Assembly: GCA_052055015.1 (NCBI GenBank)
Contig: JBQJIT010000072.1
Direction: 5' to 3' (one strand)
DNA length: 35,656 nucleotides
From: Malassezia furfur
Taxonomy: Eukaryota
The first letter of the stretch is position 1. The number at the start of each line of letters is the position of its first letter. The translations under genes were made by a program, and so were the position numbers. This document shows, in pieces, positions 30,482 to 35,656 of this stretch. The notes under the pieces are model-generated. The model searched no databases, had not been told where the DNA came from, and saw only the letters and a list, made by a program, of their open reading frames with translations.

Positions 30482-33400
30482 ATGTTAAGGCACGACCCAG
30501 AGACGGGTGCCCGTCGTGAAGATGCGCGGCAGACATACGATCCCGTGTACCCGAGCGCCTTCCCGGCGCAAACGCGACAGGATTCCAGCGTGTCGCTGCC
30601 CTTCGGCCGCAACGTATCTGGTCCAATTACCCTGGATGACTACAGCGCAGATGAGGACGACGTTCATGGTGCACCCATGTCGGCGCCCCTCTACAGCCAG
30701 AACGCGTCGCGGTCGCAATCGCGCCTCTACAGCCCTATGCGTGGCCGCCCGGCAACAAACCAGGCGGCGAGCTCGTCGCATTTCATTGTGATGGTGCCTC
30801 CCGCAGACCTACCGACCGAATCTCTCCCCTCACGCAGCGCTATCCTCGCATCGCACGCGCGCCGCGGCATTCTTTTGCCCCTGTACCCGACGCTTGGCGG
30901 GCAACTGTATGCGCTGGCGCGCGAATACGGCCTGCCCTCGGTGGGCGGCATCTCGCTCTACTTGCTGGACGATGGCAGCGGGAACCTGGGGCCGCGTGTC
31001 AGTGACACGACGTGGGCCTCGCTCTGGAGCGGCTTCTTTGAGGAAGACGATTTGGACGAGTCGATGGGGCCGGCACGCGGCAGCGACGCCGACCTTCCCT
31101 CGCGCCCGTCGCCACTGCCATATGCGCGTCGCTTTACGCCGACATCGCCGCGGCGCCGGCTGCCACGCGTGCCGAGCAACGCGAGCTTCTCGTCGATGCG
31201 CAGCACCTCGGCGGCTGCGTACACGCTTGAGACCGGTCGCCTGCCGATTGTTGGTCGCTTTGAGTGGGCCGTTGACCCGCAGCGCGCGCGCTGGTGGACG
31301 TCGTTCGTGACGCGCGGTGCCGACGAGGCCGCCCAGGAGCCGGTGGAGCCGGCTTCCGCACCGCTGCCGACGCAACAGGTGTCGGGCAGCGGTCCCCGCC
31401 CCCTTCGGCTGCATCAGCAGCTGAGCCCTCCCAATGCACGCCGCGGCACCGCACGCAATTTGCCACAGGCCCCTGACAATGTACCCAACGCATACACGCA
31501 GACTCGCGACGTGTTTGACAGTGTGCCTATGCCAACATCTGCCCCGACCAGCTTCAACGCACGGGGGCAGAGCACGCCACTGACGGACGTGCGTGCACCT
31601 GCTCCGAGCAGTGTAGACACCGACGTCAACCAGACGGTATTAATGCTCGGCACGCCATTTGAAGGCAGCGATCCCCGCAGTGCCACCGATGCATTGGCGC
31701 AGGCGCCCGCTACGTCCACGTCGCAGCCCAGCGATCCGTCGCCGTCGCTCTCGACCGAGGCGGCCAACCCGTGGTCCATCGAGGAGGGACGCGTGCGTGC
31801 CGTGACCGTGCCGCAGAGCATGCGCCCTGCGCCGACCAGTACTGCGGCACAGGACACTACGGAGGACCGTGCGGTGACGCCCGCCACAGAGCCAGAGTCG
31901 CAGCCGCAAGAGTCGCAGTCCGAGCAGGAGCAGCCCGAGGAGCCGCAGTCGACGCACCACCACTATACCATGAGCGCAACGGTCGCGAGTCTTTCGGCGG
32001 CGGCTTCGCGCTTCTTTGGTGGCCGTGGCCATGACGACAAGCAGCGCACGTCCGACACGGCGCCCGCAAAGCCCAAGATGCCAATCATGACTGAGGACAA
32101 GCCGCAGACGCCGACTTCGCCGGTGCACGACGTCGAGACGGCGCGTGAGCGCGTCACCGAAATGGAGCGCCACAGCGCCCAGGCGCGGCGGCATGTGCAC
32201 CGCGCCTCGGTCGAGGTGCCGCGCTCAGTGCGCCGTGCGTCGGCACGCATTAGCGAGGTGATCGGCAACACAAACCGGGGCGTGACGACGCCGACGTCGC
32301 CGACGCGCGGCAGCGACGATACGCTCGAGAGCGCGCTGATCGGTACCGATCGCAGTGATGCAAGCGGTGCGGTGGATGACGCAGCGTCGTCCTCTACGAC
32401 GTCGGCCGCGCGGTTCAGTCGCACAAAGCCCACGTCTACGGACAAGCCCACGGTCGGCCAGCACTCGGTCGCACGCAAGAGTATCACGCGCCCGCCACTG
32501 CGCACGGCAGATAACGACATTTTTGGCGCAGCGCCCAAGTCGGGCGACGCGCGCGAGATGGTGACGAACCTCGAGCAGGCACCTCCGCGCATGGGCCACC
32601 AGTCGCACCCTTCGCTGCGCAGCCCCATTGTCCTCGACACGCACCTGCCCGAGTCGAGCGAGCCGCGTGCGGCGGACCCCAAGCTGGATCCTGTGCAGCT
32701 GAGCAGGCAGAACAGCATCGAGTTCGACAACACGCTCGGCGACCTGCAACGTGCGCTCGAGCTGCTCAGCCCCCGGCAGCGCAGCCGCACAAGCCGTACG
32801 GCGTGGCGCGGGAGCGAATTGGCTCGCAACAACAGCCTGGACAGCATGCAGAGCAGCTTGGCGTCGTCGTCGCAGTCCAAGCCCATGTCGCGCCGGCTGT
32901 TTGAAGAAGACACGGTGCCTCCGCAGACGCAACCGAGCCCGTTGCGTGCTATGGCCGCGCGGACCGCCGCGTCGGCCGATACATCGCGTGCTACGACGGG
33001 CCAGACCGATGCGCCGCTCACGATGGGCGCAACCAGGGCGACGCTGGCGGAGGCGGCGCCGGTGCGCACCAACGAATCGTGGCCGCACACGCTGAAATAC
33101 AGCCAAGAGACATGGTCGGACGGCACATCGCGGACGTCGCTACAGATGCCGTCGATGAGCCAGGCGGACACCGACGCGCCGTCGAGTGCTTACACGGTCC
33201 CGGAAGTGCAGCCGCTGCGTACTGCCGATGCGCCGCAGACGTCGGCGCCGGCCTCGGCCTCGGCCGTGCAGCTCAACCGGCTCGGCGAGTTTGTGTTCCC
33301 CGACGAGACCCCGGACCGGGACGCCCCGCCGCCGCCGCCGCCCAAGGACACGCAGTCGGCACCGCAGGACACGACGCAGGTGCCGCGCAACCCTGCTGTG

Positions 33401-35656
33401 CGGGCCCACGATGGGTACGCGGCGCGGGCCGAGGACGACTGGGCGCAGTGGTCTGCTAATGCCGAGACGGTCGCTCCTAACCCGACCCGCGCGCCGCAGG
33501 CCGACACGCCGGCGCCGGCGCCGGCATTGCGCGTTGCGGAGGACACGGAGAACTATGTGCCCGAGTCGTCGATCCGTCATTCGGCAGACGCGAGCCAGTA
33601 CATTCGCGTGAGCGAGGGTCAATATCTGCGCATCAATGAGCAGGGCAACGTTATCGAGGAGGATGCCTGGCGCGAGAGCGTGCAGGGCACATTGCCGCGC
33701 AGCGATGCGGCAACGCAGCCCCAAGGCGTCACGCCGCAGCCCGACTCGGCGCAGCCCGGGCTCCCGCCGCTGAGCGCGTCGCAGCCAAGTCTCCCGCAGG
33801 ATCCTGCTCAGCCAAGCTTTGCTACGCAAGACTTTTCGCAGCAGGGCTTTGGGCAGGGCACGTCGCAGGGATTCCCGCAGAGCATGCCGCAGGGCACGTC
33901 TCAGGGAGTCCCGCAGGGCATGCCGCAGGGCCTGTCCCAGGACACGCCTCAGGGCCTGCCACAGAGCACGCCGCAGAGCATGCCTCAGGGCCTGTCCCAG
34001 GGCTTCTCCCAGGGCCTGTCCCAAAACCTCCCCCCCAACTCCGCACCATCTTTCCCGCAAGATGCACCACAGGGCTTTGCGCAGGGTATTCCCCAGGACT
34101 TCTCGGGTGGCCTCTCGCAAGGGCCCTCGCGTGACTTTTCGCAGCAGTCCCCGCTGCCTTCGTCGGGCTATGGTGTGCCCAACGCGCAGCCCAACCAGGC
34201 CATGGGCATCGCATCTCCGCCGGCCCTCTCTTATCCCTCCGATGAACGCAACCCCATTTCCCCCGATGCCATGCAGACCGGTATGGACCGCACGCCGCAG
34301 TCGTTCGCCGACTCGACACCGCAGTCGATGGCGACCGACTCGTTTGGCCGCACCGATGAGCAGCGTGTGAGTGACTTTGCCACCACGTCTGATGCGCGGC
34401 ACCTTGAGGCGCCCATGCCGAATCGCCCTGCGGGCCAGCAGGGATGGACGCCGAACGAGACGTCGCCCAACGTTGGTGGCTTGTCGAGCGACAACGACTA
34501 CGACTCGCTGATGCCCACGAGTCAGGCGCAGTTCTCGCCCAACAGCAATGAGCTGCCCCCGCCGCAGGGCCGCACCACGCCGCCGAACGAGCCGCGCGTG
34601 ATGTCGGCGATGAGCCCCATGAGCCCCAACGCGAGCAAGCCGACCTCGTCGGGCTTCTCGCTGTCTTCGCGCTCGCCCCGGCGCCTGCGGCACTCGGCGT
34701 CGTCTGACCGGTTGCAGTCGAGTCCGTCGGGCACGAGCGGCGCACGCAGCTTCTTGTCGAAGATGTCGCCCAAGCTCAAATGGGGCCGCAAGAAGAAGGG
34801 CGAGGAGCGCAAGGTGCCGAGCGTCTCGGCGCCGATCGCCGCGATGCCCCTGCCGCCATCCGACGACGCGATGGAGGCCAACACGGCGCGCCTATCGAAC
34901 ACGAGCGTGTCGTCCGTGAGCCGCGGCAACCTGCGCCGCTCGGGCGCGCCCTACTTTGACCCCACGACGCTGGTCAGCTCGCCGAATCTGGGCGGCGCCG
35001 AGGGCGAGCCGATCAACGCGCACGAGTTTGAGCAGCCGCATTCGGTGTTCCGCATGGGCGGTGCCAGTGCGTCTCTGCCCACGCTTGCACTGCACGACGG
35101 TACCATGGACACGAGCGCGAGCCAGCTGCGCTCGCCGTTCCCCGGCAGCCCCGCCGACGCGGAGAACACGGGTGTGTTTGTGCCGAACGCGCCGAACCTG
35201 CCGAGTCCCGAGCTGCACCAGAGTGCGCTCGGCGCCGCGCCGGGGAGCATCAGCGCCGGTGCCAGCGCCGGCACGTCGATTTACGCGACTGAGGCGCCGT
35301 CGATGCCCGCGTCGCAGTCGTTCTCGTTCGACGATCCGCAGAACAGCGTGTACACGGGCATGCCCAACGGCGCGCCCGACAACACACGCGACGCGCTGGT
35401 GCCTGGCATGACCAGCGCATCTTCGTACGGCACGCTGAACACCACGCAGCCGACCACGACGCTGCTCGACGACCAAGCGCCGCCGAAGCGCAGCACGGGC
35501 GGAATCGAGACGTTTGGACGCGGCGCACCCAACGATACGCTCTCGGACGCGCCGGACGCGCCGAGTTCGGACGTTGGCCGCGGTGCATATGTGCCGCAGG
35601 GTGCCCACCGCCTTGTCATGGTCGACGTACTTGCCAAACGACCACTCGTCGATCAC
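30482..35656 (+). CDS. Large (>1720 aa) Ser/Pro/Thr/Gln-rich protein of unknown function, 3'-partial
   Basis: Manual translation from ATG 30482 (MLRHDPETG...). The frame is open at all spot checks up to the window end, and its absence from the ORF track fits having no stop. Strong G/C third-position bias. Confidence 0.82.
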   Translation, partial: MLRHDPETGARREDARQTYDPVYPSAFPAQTRQDSSVSLPFGRNVSGPITLDDYSADEDDVHGAPMSAPLYSQNASRSQSRLYSPMRGRPATNQAASSSHFIVMVPPADLPTESLPSRSAILASHARRGILLPLYPTLGGQLYALAREYGLPSVGGISLYLLDDGSGNLGPRVSDTTWASLWSGFFEEDDLDESMGPARGSDADLPSRPSPLPYARRFTPTSPRRRLPRVPSNASFSSMRSTSAAAYTLETGRLPIVGRFEWAVDPQRARWWTSFVTRGADEAAQEPVEPASAPLPTQQVSGSGPRPLRLHQQLSPPNARRGTARNLPQAPDNVPNAYTQTRDVFDSVPMPTSAPTSFNARGQSTPLTDVRAPAPSSVDTDVNQTVLMLGTPFEGSDPRSATDALAQAPATSTSQPSDPSPSLSTEAANPWSIEEGRVRAVTVPQSMRPAPTSTAAQDTTEDRAVTPATEPESQPQESQSEQEQPEEPQSTHHHYTMSATVASLSAAASRFFGGRGHDDKQRTSDTAPAKPKMPIMTEDKPQTPTSPVHDVETARERVTEMERHSAQARRHVHRASVEVPRSVRRASARISEVIGNTNRGVTTPTSPTRGSDDTLESALIGTDRSDASGAVDDAASSSTTSAARFSRTKPTSTDKPTVGQHSVARKSITRPPLRTADNDIFGAAPKSGDAREMVTNLEQAPPRMGHQSHPSLRSPIVLDTHLPESSEPRAADPKLDPVQLSRQNSIEFDNTLGDLQRALELLSPRQRSRTSRTAWRGSELARNNSLDSMQSSLASSSQSKPMSRRLFEEDTVPPQTQPSPLRAMAARTAASADTSRATTGQTDAPLTMGATRATLAEAAPVRTNESWPHTLKYSQETWSDGTSRTSLQMPSMSQADTDAPSSAYTVPEVQPLRTADAPQTSAPASASAVQLNRLGEFVFPDETPDRDAPPPPPPKDTQSAPQDTTQVPRNPAVRAHDGYAARAEDDWAQWSANAETVAPNPTRAPQADTPAPAPALRVAEDTENYVPESSIRHSADASQYIRVSEGQYLRINEQGNVIEEDAWRESVQGTLPRSDAATQPQGVTPQPDSAQPGLPPLSASQPSLPQDPAQPSFATQDFSQQGFGQGTSQGFPQSMPQGTSQGVPQGMPQGLSQDTPQGLPQSTPQSMPQGLSQGFSQGLSQNLPPNSAPSFPQDAPQGFAQGIPQDFSGGLSQGPSRDFSQQSPLPSSGYGVPNAQPNQAMGIASPPALSYPSDERNPISPDAMQTGMDRTPQSFADSTPQSMATDSFGRTDEQRVSDFATTSDARHLEAPMPNRPAGQQGWTPNETSPNVGGLSSDNDYDSLMPTSQAQFSPNSNELPPPQGRTTPPNEPRVMSAMSPMSPNASKPTSSGFSLSSRSPRRLRHSASSDRLQSSPSGTSGARSFLSKMSPKLKWGRKKKGEERKVPSVSAPIAAMPLPPSDDAMEANTARLSNTSVSSVSRGNLRRSGAPYFDPTTLVSSPNLGGAEGEPINAHEFEQPHSVFRMGGASASLPTLALHDGTMDTSASQLRSPFPGSPADAENTGVFVPNAPNLPSPELHQSALGAAPGSISAGASAGTSIYATEAPSMPASQSFSFDDPQNSVYTGMPNGAPDNTRDALVPGMTSASSYGTLNTTQPTTTLLDDQAPPKRSTGGIETFGRGAPNDTLSDAPDAPSSDVGRGAYVPQGAHRLVMVDVLAKRPLVDH
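33842..34033 (+). repeat. Coding 12-nt tandem repeat, 16 degenerate units encoding Q-[GSDN]-x-[PSG]
   Basis: QGFG QGTS QGFP QSMP QGTS QGVP QGMP QGLS QDTP QGLP QSTP QSMP QGLS QGFS QGLS QNLP. Confidence 0.85.

Noticed and set aside
31963..35656. Long minus-strand ORFs (402, 517, 307, 254 aa) and similar shadow ORFs elsewhere (2232..3254, 13713..14747, 25452..26819)
   Set aside because: Antisense or off-frame shadows of GC3-rich genes, with no recognisable motifs.

Overview
Gene-dense (about 18 genes), GC-rich fungal chromosome segment, most likely from a Malassezia-like basidiomycete yeast (inferred from compactness, tiny GT-AG introns and protein families). Gene order: DNA polymerase eta (partial, -), PRP45/SKIP (+), amino-acid permease (+), LEU2 (-), acetyl-CoA transporter (-), hot-dog thioesterase (+), MFS anion:cation symporter (-), SAD1/USP39 (+), APE4 (-), Swc3-like/GATA-finger protein (-), PPR protein (+), CSL4 (-), LTV1 (+), WS/DGAT-type acyltransferase (+), LAT1 (-), RMI1 (+), a zinc-dependent deaminase split over two frames (+), and a >1700-aa low-complexity protein running off the right edge (+). 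The two edge genes are absent from the ORF track because they have no stop in the window. Most notable: (1) the deaminase has its HAE and PCxxC active-site halves in different overlapping frames with no consensus intron between them, a candidate +1 ribosomal frameshift, though a homopolymer error or weak intron is not excluded; (2) 13 spliceosomal introns of only 21-34 nt; (3) head-to-head start codons only 38-70 nt apart. No rRNA, tRNA, CRISPR or mobile element was seen. Product calls rest on motif recognition by eye, not database searches.
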